A stretch of 64,000 bases of DNA from Phoronis australis (lineage: Eukaryota; Animalia; Phoronida). The notes below the pieces were generated by a model. The model did no database searches and was not told the origin of the DNA. It worked only from the letters and a program-made list of their open reading frames with translations. The translations under genes and the position numbers were made by a program. The DNA is taken from contig NMRA01000241.1 in the NCBI GenBank assembly GCA_002633005.1, positions 419,974-483,973 of the forward strand, in the 5' to 3' direction. This document shows, piece by piece, positions 25,910 through 39,815 of the stretch (position 1 is its first letter; each line of letters opens with the position of its first letter).

Positions 25910-27916
25910 TACCACTTCCTCATTGTGTGGTATCAGACACGAATTAGTACATTGATGTTGGCTCTATGTGTGGCTGTGGTCCATGTCTACAAATATACAT
26001 ATAATATTGCACAACATATTAATCCCATAAGGCTTTATCCTGTCACTAGAAGCACAATGATCTAAAGATTGTTAGGAATAGATGTTGGATTTTGTACAAC
26101 CCATGCTACCAAAGTATTGTCTGGTTTACAACTGGGCTGTATTATGGTACCTTTTGAACATTGGACAGTTAGGGACAGTCATAGCACCCCCCTTTTAGTT
26201 TTGTGCACGTTATTGCTTTTACACTTTTCCTGCTTAAATGGCTTGACAGATTTCTGATGCACCTTCATGACAGGAACATATGGCCGAAATACATCTGTAA
26301 TGGTGGTAGAAAAATGCATTGAACGACTTACCTACGATAAAAATACTACAGTTTGGGACAGTGAAGAATTGATGTTTGCTCCAGGTTGGAGCTTGTACCA
26401 AATTCTAGAAATGGGAAATATTGGTCATCCCAGAATTACGAAAGAAAAAATGAAAAATTACCTATACTCACTTCAGTTGCGTTTAGGCAACTATCTTTGA
26501 TGATTTTATCTCAGACTTTGTTGATTTGGTCGGCAAGAATGTTTGAGTCCAAGATTTGACGAAATATGATGTCCCCATCTTTTAAATAAAGAGAATTCCA
26601 TTTCAACTTGAATTCCGTGTCCAAGATTTTAGAATCTCTCCCAACAGAAGACTGTTTTCCATAATTGCCCTCAGTTGATTACAAGGGCTAAGACCAATAC
26701 ATTTTGCATCCAGCTCAGACACTAATGTCCTCAGTGTCGTGATGTTGGCATTTAAACCCCAGATGTGATAATACAAGTTGACCTGTATTATGATGGTGAT
26801 TTTCATTACAAGTAATATTAATTAGGATAGAACACAGTGTCCAGTATTGCATGTCAAGAACAGGCCCGTAGCCAGCGTTACGTGGGGGGTGGATCAATTT
26901 TCTAGAAGGGCGGACCCTTGATATTTTGCAAAAGTCGATACTGTAGTCTGAGTAAAGCCTTTTATGCAGCTTAGGGGGAAGAGAAATTTGTATACACACC
27001 GATGACTCTCAGCTCTATGTTTCTGAGATGAGACGGAATACCAGAAATGAATGCCCGCAAAGAATGAGATTCAAATTCAGATATAATGTAGACCAGAAAG
27101 AGGACGTTTTCTTATCACCCCTTCCAAACTTTCAAATCAGGGGTGATTATGCCTCATTACATACTCAGACGCAAATTTGTGGTCAGAGAATGTCTCAAAA
27201 ATTTTTATCTGGTTGTATTTTGGCTGAGTTCCTGGAATTGGGAACATCCCACTGTTACAAAGGTTCAGTACCCCGAAAGTTCACAATTTCGAAGCCTCAC
27301 TACTTCGAGTGTTCACCACTCTGAAGGTAATAATCACTACTCGGAAATTATTTAAAATTTCGGACTCTGCTGTAATTTTTATACTTTTGCATGCAAAAAC
27401 AACAATTCAGAATTGGATGCACTGAGAGGTGTACCTATACCCAAAACAACCCCCAGATTTGATGTGCATGCGCAACTGCCCGCATGTTTTACGAATACGA
27501 AAACTGAGTACACACAATGCATTTGTAAAAGAGTATGATGAAGGTATGTTTATGAATTATCAACCATGATACGTTCATCAAATTTATGTCAAGACCGCAT
27601 CATTTCACAGCATATCTGAAAAGTTAAGGGCTGCTGCACCTCAGCCTCACCCACCGAAACCAACCCCAGGGCCGGGTTGTAGGCTACCCTGTCCCTGCCC
27701 GTCTGCACAAAGTCGAGAGTCCCATTCATGGCCGCCGTTTATCACCGCAGCCCTAACCCGGTGCTGTCCATGCTTGAGAATGAGTTGTTAGTTAGATTCA
27801 AGAATCACAATTGGCAGTGGTTGGAACTGAACTCATTTGAAAACAATTTAGTCATAGTTTTAAGAACTATTCAACTCTTGCACACTCATTAAATAGTTAA
27901 TAAATGGACACAAATA

Positions 27917-29916
27917 GGGGTAAGTTACTGGTTTCATACCACTTAAGGATGCACCCCTCTGTACGCCACGCTGAACTAGCCTCGGAATCGGGAGCTATCT
28001 CATAGCCTTAAGTGGCTTCACATGTATAACGCACATAATAATAATAATGATTATGTTTTAGCTGCAAAACACCGTTGTAGAAAAGTCAATACAAGTACGA
28101 TTCACATGACCGGTTTTGTAATTCGTGCCTGTCAGACATCAGAATCGTACCAGTGGTACTATACTAATAACTACGTGTATTTCACCAAGCAAAGATGAAC
28201 AAGGAGACAGTGCAAACAGTCAAACCTTTTATTGGCCACATAGAAACATATTACACGAAACAGCGTTTCCCTATGACTCCAATGCTAACAGACGTCTTTA
28301 TAAATATGTGCGAACAAACCAACACTTAAAGATAACAAAATGGACCAGTCAACTATACTTATGTAACAAACTTAAATTGCCTGGTTTATATAGGTTAATC
28401 AGAGTCTCCATCGGAATCACAATTATGACTTAAAAAAGCTAACATCTAAGGGTTGGAGCCTGTGCGTTGTGTGACTGGGGAAGGAGAGAATGAAAACACC
28501 ATTTTCCCGCGCTAGCTTAATGGCGTCAAGGTTTTTTGTGTGGGATGCATGTCCGTCGAGTAGAAGAAGGACTTTGTTTTCAACTGACGCATTCACTGAT
28601 CGGATAAAATGACGAAGCTATTCAATGAAAACTATAGAGTCAATCCATCCTGAATTAGTGCAGGCAAACATTGTACCATTGGGTGCATCAACTTTCAAGG
28701 AATCACACAGTCTTTTCTTCTTGAAGATGAGCATCGGAGGGATGTATTAGCTGGCCAATGGCAGAATGACAGTGGACACCAGTAGTATTTGTTCCTCGTT
28801 CAGTGGTTGTTGCTGCTCCAACTTGGCGTTTCCCTTTCGTTGAGATCACTTTCGATGGCCTTTGCACGGTAGAATGTCCAGTTTCATCCATATTAAACAC
28901 TCTATCAGCAGTAAATCCGTGTAATTCAATTAGCTCATAATATTTATCGAAGAAATCTGAAACAGCTCGGCAGTTGAAACCTTTCATGCGACCAGTAGAT
29001 GTAGCTTCTGGGGTGCGTAGACTGAGTTCTGGATGTCGTCTCATAAAGCTGTAGTACCAGGTTTTATTGGCAGACTGTTTTGTTTCGCTAAATTTATGGA
29101 TGCCATGGGATTTTGCCAATTGATATGCAAGTTTCATAAGATCTTTTGGCGTGATACCAAAAAAAGATCGTCAAGACCTTTTATGTGTTCTACCAAATCA
29201 GCTTCTATTTCTGTAGGCAAAACTTTTGGGCCTCCGCGTAACTTGGTATGTTTTGCGTACTTATTCAGACCCATGCGGTGACCGCGAATAGTTGGCTTTG
29301 GGATACCGAATAGCTTAGAAGCAGCGTTAAATCCCAATCCTTCATCTATATATAGCTTTGAGACAGTTCTGCATATCCTCCGATGTCCATGACGACGACG
29401 ATGGCATTTTCCTGAAAGTAAAAAAAATAGTACTAAAACGCAAGAAAAACAACACATTACCTACTCGTATCACGTTTTGTGTATCGTACCTCTTGGTTAC
29501 ACGTATCGTACCCCGGGTACCATACCCGTGACCTGTAGTGGTACGACACTCGTGACACTGACCTATTTTCAAACACGTGGGCTGAAAATATTTGGCACGC
29601 GATTTGGCAACCAGAAATTACACCGTAAGAGATGAGAATGAGCTATCAGATGGCACATTGGTTCACTCATTTGCTATACTTGTTGTTGTCTATCACACTA
29701 TTCATGGGAGCTAAAATTTACATCAACATGTCAAAAAAGTGGAAAATGCTCACCGTTTTTCACCGGGTTCTCTGCTCGACATTTTGCTTGGTTTTCTGTT
29801 ATCGCCGTCTGAGGTCGCTAAAAGTAATCACTCTTTTGGGTGCCAAGCATACGTAGTTTGGCGGGAAAATACGTGGTACGATAATGATAACTGGTACGGA
29901 ACTGGTAACTTTCCCC
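27917..29916 (-). mobile_element. pogo-superfamily transposon, internally deleted
   Basis: TA-GGGGTAAGTTACTGGTTTCATACCA ... TGGTACGGAACTGGTAACTTTCCCC-TA, enclosing a transposase pseudogene. Confidence 0.88.
28427..29407 (-). pseudogene. pogo/Tigger DDD transposase pseudogene (HTH-psq, CENP-B HTH, DDE_1)
   Basis: Frameshifted pieces WTSEDMQ..GFNAASKLFGIPKPTI, WYYSFMRRHPELSLRTPE, FNMDETG, NSGWI, LLLLDGHASH, PSHTTHRLQPLDVSFF; 36 residues between the 2nd and 3rd Asp by manual count; C-terminus missing. Confidence 0.95.
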
Positions 29917-31368
29917 TACTATACTTTATTTATGCGAGTTCCGACTCATTAGCAGAAAATCAGAGTAATGAACTGGAGTTCGGGATTCGAAATTGTGGAC
30001 ATTCGAAATAAGTGAACTTTCAAAGATAGCGAGCCTTCGGAGTAGTGGACCTTCAGAGTAGTGAACCTTTGGACTAGTGACATGGAACCTTGGAAATCTT
30101 TTCCATCAAGTTTGTTGCTCATATAAAATCTGCCAGGCTGTGCACCGTTGGTACTTGTTGACTAAGAGAAGACTTTTTTCATTAATCATTGTTTTTACTA
30201 CGTTTAGACCTGCTTTTCCCTAATAATGTGCTTGTCAGGTTTTTCACACTGCAAGAAAACACGGTAATTAAATTCTGGTTTTTGAGCAACAGCAGAGGAC
30301 GGCCTATAGTAAACTTACTGTTGGCGTGTACTAAATTTAAAAAAATGGAAACGCAAACACTTTTACACACATGCATGTCACTCCACAATCCCCAATCAAA
30401 GTGGACACTGGATGAACATATTTGACTATCAATTTCAATTTGAAATTTGAAAATGCCTGCACTTAGCCGTACTCTGTCAGCAAATATATCAAAATAGTAG
30501 ATAACCGCACCTTTTTCTGCTGTTTTGTTCCTTGGTAGATTTTAAGGTATTCACACCGCACCATTTTAGAGATCTCTTTCGCTGCTTTATAGACTAGCTA
30601 GGTGGAGACGTTTACTTGTGGACTCTCTTGTTACCGTACGTTGTAGTCACCACGCACGTTCAATGATGATGCAAATTGTAAAGCCTCAGCTAATCGTCTG
30701 TACGATCTTGTCATCTACGTAAATACCATTCAGGCCGTGTAGGGCCCAACGATTATGTGAAGAGCTTGAAGCAAATTCAAAATTGTTTCTAAGTTCTCAT
30801 TCAACTGTTAGTAGTATCAGTACCTGCAACAATCTTGTTGTTGTCCACTTATATCCTTTCTTTAACGGATAGGCTGGGGCTGGACCTTTTGTGCAGGAGA
30901 GGGGTTTGATCCCCCGGCTACGGGCCTGAAGAAATAGGACAGGTGCTTGACACGTGTTGCATTGTGGGTAAATACCTTTAACTTTTGGTGCTATTTCGAG
31001 GACATCTGTTGGTCAGCAAAATTATATTACAAGACAAAACTGATGATAAGAAACTCTGTTTGGTGCAGTCCTGGCAGTTTATCAGTGCTCTTGTATGATG
31101 TGGTATAATTTTGAGATAAATATTGCTTTTGATGCTGTCCGGTCAGTGTAACAGTGCTGTTGTGTGACATGGTATAATTTGAGTTAAATATTAAGGTTTT
31201 CACAATATTTAGTTTTCACGAAATTGTGCAAACTGGGGTGGGTGAAGCCCTGCTATAATAAGCTCTTATCTGTGTGTTCATAAAGGTGTTACTCTGATTT
31301 ATTTTCCATCTTATCTGACCTGGGAGTGTCCCTGTGGGGTCAGCTCTAGCATTGCTTTATCTGTCTTA

Positions 31369-31936
31369 GGCCAAAAAAAGCAAAGTTGGCTCTGGCCTAT
31401 ACCCGACCTGAGCTCACGGACTGAAATAAAAAACACCCGCCCACCTCGATTTCCGCCGACCTCTTGTATTGTTTTGTCATTGATATATTTAAAAGTTTAC
31501 AGTCAGTGTCACTCTTCTAAAAGCTGTCATTGACATTACAAAGCATAACAAAGCTAAAATTAAAGGCAGTACATACCTATAATAAACAATAAAAATTACA
31601 TAATGATATTTGTGTTTATAATGTAAATGGTCACAAATAATACTAAATAATTAAAATGTGTATAAATACAAAAATAGACACAAAACCGGATTAGTTGAAA
31701 ATTGAGTAATATCAAAAACCATAAGTTAGTTAAAACAGATTTTTCTTGATAAGCTGACATGTAAACAAGGGCAAAATTGGTTTCAAACATTTACCCAGTT
31801 TTGGGTAAAAAATACTACATAATTTTGTTGTTTCAGGTAGATTTTCGTTTTTGAAAAAAATATGCAACTGAAAATACCACACACTACAGTACTCGATTTC
31901 CAAAATTGCCGCAGACCAGAACCAACTAATTTGGCC
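31369..31936. mobile_element. PIF/Harbinger-like MITE (GGCCAAA ends)
   Basis: GGCCAAAAAAAGCAAAGTTGGCTCTGG / CCAGAACCAACTAATTTGGCC, TSD TTA on both sides. Confidence 0.7.
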
Positions 31937-32384
31937 TTATGTGATATCGCACATTTTATAGTATCTATGTTTTACAGTTGGTTTTTATGTACATTCTGAT
32001 ATGATATAGTTACTAGCAAATGGCATTTAACTTCATCTGCAAAAGCTACCTGGCATGATTAATTCATATCTCCAGAGATACCTTGTCAGGATAAAACAGA
32101 GATTGTAGACTACCTTTGTCCAGGACAAAATTACTGACTGGCACAGCTGTGTGAAGGAATACAGACTGGCTCATCTGTGTGAAGGAAAGTTGTTGTTGTA
32201 TTAGGTGCCATTTTGTTTCTAGGTAATTGTATTAATATTTCAGCGTCGCATTTAGCTTCAAATATCAACTTTCATATTTAATAATTTACTGAAATGTTCT
32301 TACATTTTTGCATATCTTAGTGGCTCAAGAATGATATTCTGTGAAACTCATTCATCTCCTACGTCCGTTTGGATCTCACCAGAG

Positions 32385-33745
32385 CTGTGAAGTTGTCAGT
32401 GAGACACACTATCAGACCATGGTCAGTGTATTTAGTTGTCAGTGAGACACACTATCAGACCATGGTCAGTGTATTTGGATGTCAACGATACATTTAGGGG
32501 GGGCCAGGGGGCCCGGCCCCCACCCTTGGCTGCCACAAAAAAATAAAACAGCAAGAGCGTAGGGAAATGTTAAGTTTATTAATTAACCCCGGTAATTAAA
32601 ACTATACGGATGAAACAAGATTTAAATGTGTGCAGTTTTAGTGTTTGGGGGGGGCTCAGATCCAATTTCAAGTGTTAAATTCGGAACACGATGCATTCGT
32701 AACAGAACTTTGGCTAAGTATAGGCTCGCCCGCGATATCCCAGGCGACTGGCAGTGGCGCTGCGCACTACCACTCCGTTTCCGTCATCTGCTCTACTGTG
32801 CAATGAAGAAAATTTACTTCATTTTTTAAAGAAAATGGAACCTGAGTGACGATGAAAAAACAGAAGCTGCTGGTAAGATGTGAATTTTAATCCGCGAAGC
32901 CTTAGTGAATCACTCAGAAACTAATAATTCTCTCTTTCTCAAACCTTAACTTTTAAGTCTTAAAAGACGATTTCTAAAACAATCCCGTCATTACTGCCAA
33001 CACGAAAAACAAATTTGGTCTTTTGGGCATTTGAAAGCTATTTTAAACACAACAAATTTGTTAAGAGCCGATTGCACAAAATATAAAACGTGTAATAGAA
33101 AAAGAAGTAGGTTTCGCGCGCAAACGCTGTGGACCATAAACAAGAAGGCCTCTTATCTTAGATTAGTAGCTAAGTCGTGGTGGTGGTGTGGTTAAGCACG
33201 CGCGCTCTATCCGCCAGGTTGTGAGTTCCAGTCTCTGATAATAGCAGTTTTTTCCTGTTTGACACGATCTCCTTTTTTTTCTTGGATAATACTTCAGGAA
33301 TCAAGGAAAATGCTTGATTTTTAGAGGAAAAAACAGAAAAATTTCCAGAGTGGGAGGGGGGCTCCCCTCCCGACCTCTCCCCATTCGGGGCTATGCGCAT
33401 CTACAATCGTGGTTTGCACAAATGCTTACAGCCGGACAAAATGTTGGGCCCCCCCCTTGTGATATCCTAGATCCGCCACTGATACACACTATCAGACCAT
33501 GGTCAGTGTATTTAGATGTCAGTGAGACATACTAACAGACCATGGTCAGTGTATTCAGTTGTCAGTGAGACACACTATCAGACCATGGTCAGTGTATTAA
33601 GATCTTCACCAGAGCTGCCTTTTGCCTCTGCAAAGCTGTCTGTGTTGACATTCTAAAGACACACTATTATCCCATGGTCAGTGTGAAGCTGTCTGTGTGG
33701 ACATTCTAAAGACACTATTATCCCATGGTCAGTGTATATGGATCT
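32385..33745. repeat. 43-bp minisatellite (GTTGTCAGTGAGACACACTATCAGACCATGGTCAGTGTATTTA) split by an insertion, followed by related degenerate units
   Basis: Units at ~32392-32490 resume at 33482-33600. Confidence 0.85.
32493..33481. mobile_element. CAGTGGCGGAT-type DNA element inserted into the minisatellite
   Basis: Right end CTAGATCCGCCACTG; left end TTTAGGGGGGG lacks the first ~10 nt; ATACA flanks both sides (5-bp TSD). Confidence 0.7.
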
Positions 33746-36700
33746 TCACCTTTTCTATATTTTGCCTCTGTGAAGCTGTCAGTGTTGAACATTCTAGGGG
33801 GCTTTCACATTATGGATTTAGTACAATGGACTAACATTCTTTCTTAGCCACAAGAATTTTGGATCCAATGCGAAAGGTCATTGAGACCATCTAAATTCAT
33901 TAATTTACTAAAGTCAGTAGACTTGAAAAGCCTGGGACCGGACTTAAGCGAGCGGACCAAAGTTGGACCATAGTTGGTCTGATTATCTAAGCGCTATGCG
34001 ATAGGTTTGGTCTGGACCATTTTGCTCGATCAGCCTAAATTATCTCCCCACTTTAGTGAGTGTACAGCAATGCCTGCCATTTTGCACACTTTCGAGTTGT
34101 TGCTGTTTCTGTCTACAGTACTCACTGTTCACTACAATTTTTAAGTCAAACATATGTCTCAAACTAAGAATAGAATTAGCAATTGGTCGTCGCATCCGTA
34201 TTGCAGTACAGGGTAATGACATCTCTTGTTTAAGTACAGTGAAGCTTTAGGGTTAGGATATTGGAGTGTTAGTACAGTCAAGTGAGAAAGGTGATAATTG
34301 GGTGTGGTAGGTTAACGCTCAGCTCAAATATGTTTCCCGTCCAGCCAAGTCGACCACTTACTAAACCACTTTTTAGTCAACATTAATTTCAGAGTTAAAG
34401 GTACCAATTCACTACTGTAATATCTAAATGGTGGAGTTGGTACACCCTCTTCACAAACAGGCCAAACCGCTGGCATTTTCACTATACCGTAGATATTTCT
34501 CATAATGTTTTTAAAACTTCTTGATTGATGTTTTAAACCTTTTGAAAATGTTGTAAATCGTACAAGTTTTCACACGATAAATGCAGGGTTTTTGTATGAA
34601 GGTTACAGACTATGTGCTTTTAAATGGTTTGACAGCAATAAAATGATCAGTTTTTGTAAAATTAATAGTTGCATGATAACGGTACATTGCAAATATTGAA
34701 GTAAATACTTTAAACTTATCAGCATTTATTATACAAGCATTTTCAACATTTAACATATGTGAGTACTAAAGGCTTTGTCGTGATCTTGACCTAATTACTG
34801 CTTAACATGTGAATTAATTATGAGATTTTTTTAAAAACATCTATGTAAAATTCAAAAACCACCACCATAAGCATAGTTTTACCCACTGTTTAGGTGTATG
34901 AGATTGCTTTACAAAAATGATGAAAAGATAGGACATCATTTCTTTCTATGTTTGCATATTTATACTGTGTTGTCTAGGTTACCTGGTTATCTTGATCAGG
35001 TAGCAATGAGTGCCATTTATGGATTGATTTTTAGGCCTGTTTACATGGACGTTTTAATCACCATATTGATCACTATTTTAATCATTGTTTCAAGATAGCA
35101 ATTTTAATTGTTATTTTTTTACCGGCTAAAAATTGGGAATTTTATTAGGTAAATCCCAAGTAAAGTGTGACAACTGCAATGAATGACTCCGGCTACCTGC
35201 TGATACCCAACATGGCTCACGGAACACATGGCTCTTCATGACATCCCTTCCACACCATTTGCTTTGGAGTACAAAACAATCGTGTGGCCAGAGGGAGATT
35301 GTAAACTCAAGACTAAAGAGCGAAACCCCTTTACTTGCTAAGAGAGGGCGCTTTTTTAAATACCAGAGAAATAGTGGAGAAAATCATCATGTAATTAGTC
35401 ATAGAGCACCGTTGGAAACAAAGCGTGAAAATAGCGAAGAAATGGTGGGAAATTTTTTTACATGGTGCTTTTGTTTCTCATCATGGTTGCCTGTGGGTGT
35501 CCACACATTTGTAGGAGACATTGAGAAAATGTTGACCTCCAATCTGTTTCCTTAGATATGTACTTGTCTTGTCACCCTACTGTCTTTGTAATCATTCTTT
35601 GGACAATAATTAAAACACACCCTGGGTGATAAGTAAACTAACCATTTTAAGGGAACTGTTCAGCTGCTCTTTACATCTACATATATGGTCATCAAGTTAT
35701 CCCACATGTGATTGAACAGGTAGGGTATTCACGTGGCAAATTCCATTCATAGTAATGACCAATATATGTGCTTACCTGGATATGGAATTGCCAAATTTAG
35801 ACCTTTGTGGTGTTGTTTACTTAAATATTCATGACTGAATGGTGTGTCTATAAATAGATATGACCAATATGGTGTACAGCGTAGAGCTGAGTGATTGATT
35901 TTTAGTAAAAGATGCATGAGGCAATAAAAACTGAGTCATTGTTGCATCAGTTTTTGAAGGCAGATCAGGGTAAGAATAACTTGCCGAAGGTGATTGGAAT
36001 TGGATGAGCATAACCCGCCCTCTTTCTCCACCATTGGCATTGTTAAAATTTATCATTAGGCACTCCCCCTATTCAAGACCAACTATATTCTTTGAAGGGA
36101 ATGCCTTCAGTCAGATATAAGCTCAACTGCATTATTTTGACTCGGCAAGAGTGAATAGGGAATACCCTAAGAAACAGCGTGGCAGATAGCTGAAATTTTG
36201 TTTTCTATTTTTTCTTAAAAAACGTCATGGTACAGCACCAAATTCATGCTTTACTATCATGTCCAAGTTTTATATGACATCTACCATCACTCAAAAATTT
36301 GATAAGTTCTGGGAAGACCTTGAAAATGAGAAAAGAGCAATTTTCAGTATATTGTCAGGAATTATTAAGATATTATCGTTGGTGGACTGTTCAACAAAGG
36401 TGCAGCATTTGTAATGCAGGAGTTCTTTTTCATTCTGTTAGTTAATCAAGTTTTGTTAAAGACTTGGAAGACTCAACCTCTAATGACAGATCCAGTGTTC
36501 TTAGATCTCAGTGAGCTTCTTGTAAAAATGTTTGATTTGAGACGGTGCCTTCTCTGTTTCCTAATCTCCAAACAAAAGAGGATGGTTTTCAGGAGATGTG
36601 GTAACTCGATATTCAAAGGACAACAGTAAAGCTGTGTTCAGACCAACTAAACCCTTGAAACTTTCAATTTCTTTAGTTTTAACCGTTACTGTAGTTGTTT

Positions 36701-37188
36701 CGATGTATATTGTAAAATTTGTTTGTGGATTTACTTGCTAGTCATCATTGCTACGGACTCCTTTCCAATTCACCCTAGTTCGGTTTGTGCTCCGCATGCG
36801 CGCCATTATTTCCAGCAAGATTTGACACCAGTGGCGCCAGAGGGTTATAAGTAACAGCAAAACATGAGGCCCTTAGATCTCATTTCACAACTATCAACAT
36901 TTAATACATCTTATATACTGTTCATACCAAAGTATATTTCTCTTGATTAGCCATTGATGTCATGATAAAAGCTGATGGCTAAGGTGAAAATTCCTTGTGT
37001 TTCTCAAAATGGTGGACCTCGTAAATGGTTGTTACTGCGATAAACAAACAATGAGAATGCCCGTGGCCACCATGGCGGGGACAAAGATTGTCTTCTCTTG
37101 TGTAGGTGCAGCACACCATTGTTACAATGTCACGTCACTTTGTGCTTCCCTCTACCTGACTTTGAGTTTCATTTGCTGCTGAAATGTG

Positions 37189-37201
37189 TGACCTCTGACC
37201 T
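37189..37201 (-). promoter_or_regulatory. Perfect DR1 nuclear-receptor element (AGGTCAgAGGTCA)
   Basis: TGACCTCTGACCT on + strand, ~6.6 kb upstream of the first candidate ABCB1 ATG; function untested. Confidence 0.35.
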
Positions 37202-38563
37202 AAATCATGTGGCCTGATTTTCACCTGGTTTCTGTGCAGTCAGCTTTGGGAATAGTCTGATGACATCACTCTGTTTGTTGGTGAATGAGTTAACTTAATG
37301 TGTCACAGTTGTCTGTTTGAATACCTCATGATTGTAGAGTGTCTGGCTGTATAGTGTGGATGTATTGTAAGTACAGCTTTGGTTTGAACACATAGTCACC
37401 CCTCCTGAGGTCAATGTAATGCGGATTTTAACAGTAGCTAGAATCAGTTGGTGAGAAAGTATGTAAAACTCTTACCAATTCTGGACAAAATTTGGGAGAC
37501 TTGTGAAATGTCTGATTTTGTAAATGGTTATTATCACTGTTCACAATATTGTGGTTATCAACATCTCTTGTGTACCTATGTACCATCGCACACTCTTTTG
37601 ATGGTGGATAGGAAGTTACTGCTAGAGGCTCTTGACAGCTGACAGATCAAAAAGGGACAATTTCACCCCCTATGAAATCTGTCACTATGGTAAAGTGTGG
37701 GACAGTGAAAAATGATGAAATATTTTTGCTGAAGGCCAAACTTGTATCAAATATTAGAAATACATAATATTGTTCCAAATATTAGAAATACATAACATTG
37801 GCTGTCCCAAATTCAAGAATTACAATAACCGATCATTCTCCTCGATAATAACGGACTACGAGGAACCATTAAAAAGTTGCTTTGGCAGCTGTTTTGCCAA
37901 GTCTATTTTCACCTGTTTTTTGATACAAAAATGCAGTGTCCAAAAGATGAGAAATTAGATAAGCATACCAATTTTTTACTGTTATTCATTTCTGTGATAC
38001 GTGATCTTTTGAGTTGCGAATTGCAGTTTCAGTTTGGATGTATGTTGTAACTTGTTATTTTCATATTTTCAATAATTCGGTTTGTTGCCACATGAATTTC
38101 AGTTTCCGAGATTAACTAGTTGGAGACCCTATCAGTTAAACCCCCAGCCATAGCTGTGATCTGTTGCATTCTTTCTGTGTAACTAATGCTCCATCAAGGA
38201 ATTTATCAAAAGAACTCCTCCAAAAGAATAGTCATTGAAAGGGTGACCTATCATGTTTCCTGTCTAGGTGCAATGTGTCTCCAGCTTGACTCCCTTGCCC
38301 TTGGAATAGGAGGATGTGTCCTAGTTGTGTAACTGTTATTACTACATGCTTGACCTGTTCTTGAGCTACATTCAGAAACCAGGAGTGAAGGTGATAGTGT
38401 TCAGTTGAAATGTCACTCAAATCTGGAGATGATTTGAGGTAAGGTCCAGCTGTAGGAAACGTGCGCATTAAAGGCTACAGATTAAAACAGTAAATGGTCA
38501 TCAATATGGGACAATTTTCTTATTTTTCATTTAAAATTAGAGCATATGGCACGAAGCTAGGAC

Positions 38564-39050
38564 CAGGGCTTTATCCAGGATTTTGAAAATAGGGTGTCCA
38601 AAATGGGGTTCCCAATATTCCAGGGCGTCCATGATTCCGACGCGTAACCCCCCACCCCCAGCAATACAAACACACAGATTTTTTTACAAAAAATGCATAG
38701 AACACGGTTTTTACACCTAAGTTTATAAAACAGCCTTTTATGGTGAGCATTTTTACTAAAAAAAAACTGTAGACCAAGACTTTTACAATGCTGTCAATCA
38801 AGTGTCAAAATAGCAACAATGCATATACAAAGTATATGCATTGTATATTTCTTCCTGCTTTGAAAAAAGAGCCCCCACTGTGAGCCTTCTGAGGCTTCCT
38901 AATATTCATTACAGTTTGTGAGTCCAAACTTGAAAGGTTCCTATTGACAGTGGGCATCCAAATGATACATTGGGCGTCCTTGCCAGGGCGTCCAGATTAG
39001 TGGTAGGGCGTCCACTTGGACACCCAGGACCTACACTGCATAATGGCCTG
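38564..39050 (-). mobile_element. hAT-type MITE, family B copy 2
   Basis: CAGGGCTTTATCCAG ... CTGCATAATGGCCTG; 8-bp TSD GCTAGGAC (38556-38563, 39051-39058). Confidence 0.9.
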
Positions 39051-39744
39051 GCTAGGACCCTGCTGTTACCATTTTCAAGTTGTTAGTTGAAGTTACCACT
39101 AGACAATATGTGATAAGTTGCGGCTGTGCTTAACATCAGAAGATTACGAAAGTTGAAAAGGGACAATTTTAGCTATTGATTTTGTTCGAAACTGACGAAA
39201 TTTTGTAGCAGAACGTGTCCTCTGATCATGTCAAGGTGACATGACATTAGATTGATTTACACCGTTCTTTTAGACATGTTCTTGTATGACAGTAGCCTTA
39301 CTCAGAACCTGCATTTTCACTGTTTGTTTTCTTCATTGTTATAGGTGTTCAACCTTAAATCGTTTGGTGGACGTATTTACTTTGCTCTACTTCCTCTTAG
39401 ACATTTTCTAAGAAAATGCCCTAGGGTTGAGCGGAGCTCTGGCAACTGTCCCATCAGTGAAACTGTAACGTTCTTTGAATCAACCTCTGGCGTCAACCCT
39501 AGTAAAACATAAAGATTAGAATGAAAAATAAGTAAGTTCAAAAGTTTTCTTCTCAAATATCCTTGGAACTCTACGAAATCCTTGTGGAACAAATCTTTAA
39601 ATATCTTTCTTTCATTTGATCAAATCGTATTGCATTTGAGTAGTGACTTGACAAAAAATCTCAAAAGAAACACCAAACTCACATAAGCTGTTTTTCCGTG
39701 GCAAACAACTTTGGAATTGATCCAGGTTTTCTCTCCCTACTTTA

Positions 39745-39815
39745 CCCCTCCCTCCCTACCTACCTACCTCCCTCCCTCCCTACCTACCTACCTCCCTCCC
39801 TCCCTACCTACCTCC
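39745..39815. repeat. Compound (CCTC/CCTA)n microsatellite
   Basis: Direct reading. Confidence 0.9.

Larger units (their letters stand above)
27240..30089. mobile_element. Degenerate TIR element with subterminal CACTACTCCGAAGG-type repeats; middle layer of the nest
   Basis: Arrays at 27240-27350 and 29985-30089 are inverted relative to each other; TSD not confidently resolved. Confidence 0.6.
26861..30928. mobile_element. CAGG-ended DNA element with 5-bp TSD (hAT5-like); outer shell of a nested cluster
   Basis: CAGGCCCGTAGCC ... GGCTACGGGCCTG perfect 13-bp TIR; AAGAA at 26856-26860 and 30929-30933. Confidence 0.8.

Noticed and set aside
33170-33240. Second tRNA-like stretch
   Set aside because: Only an A-box-like motif, with a degenerate B box, inside a DNA element
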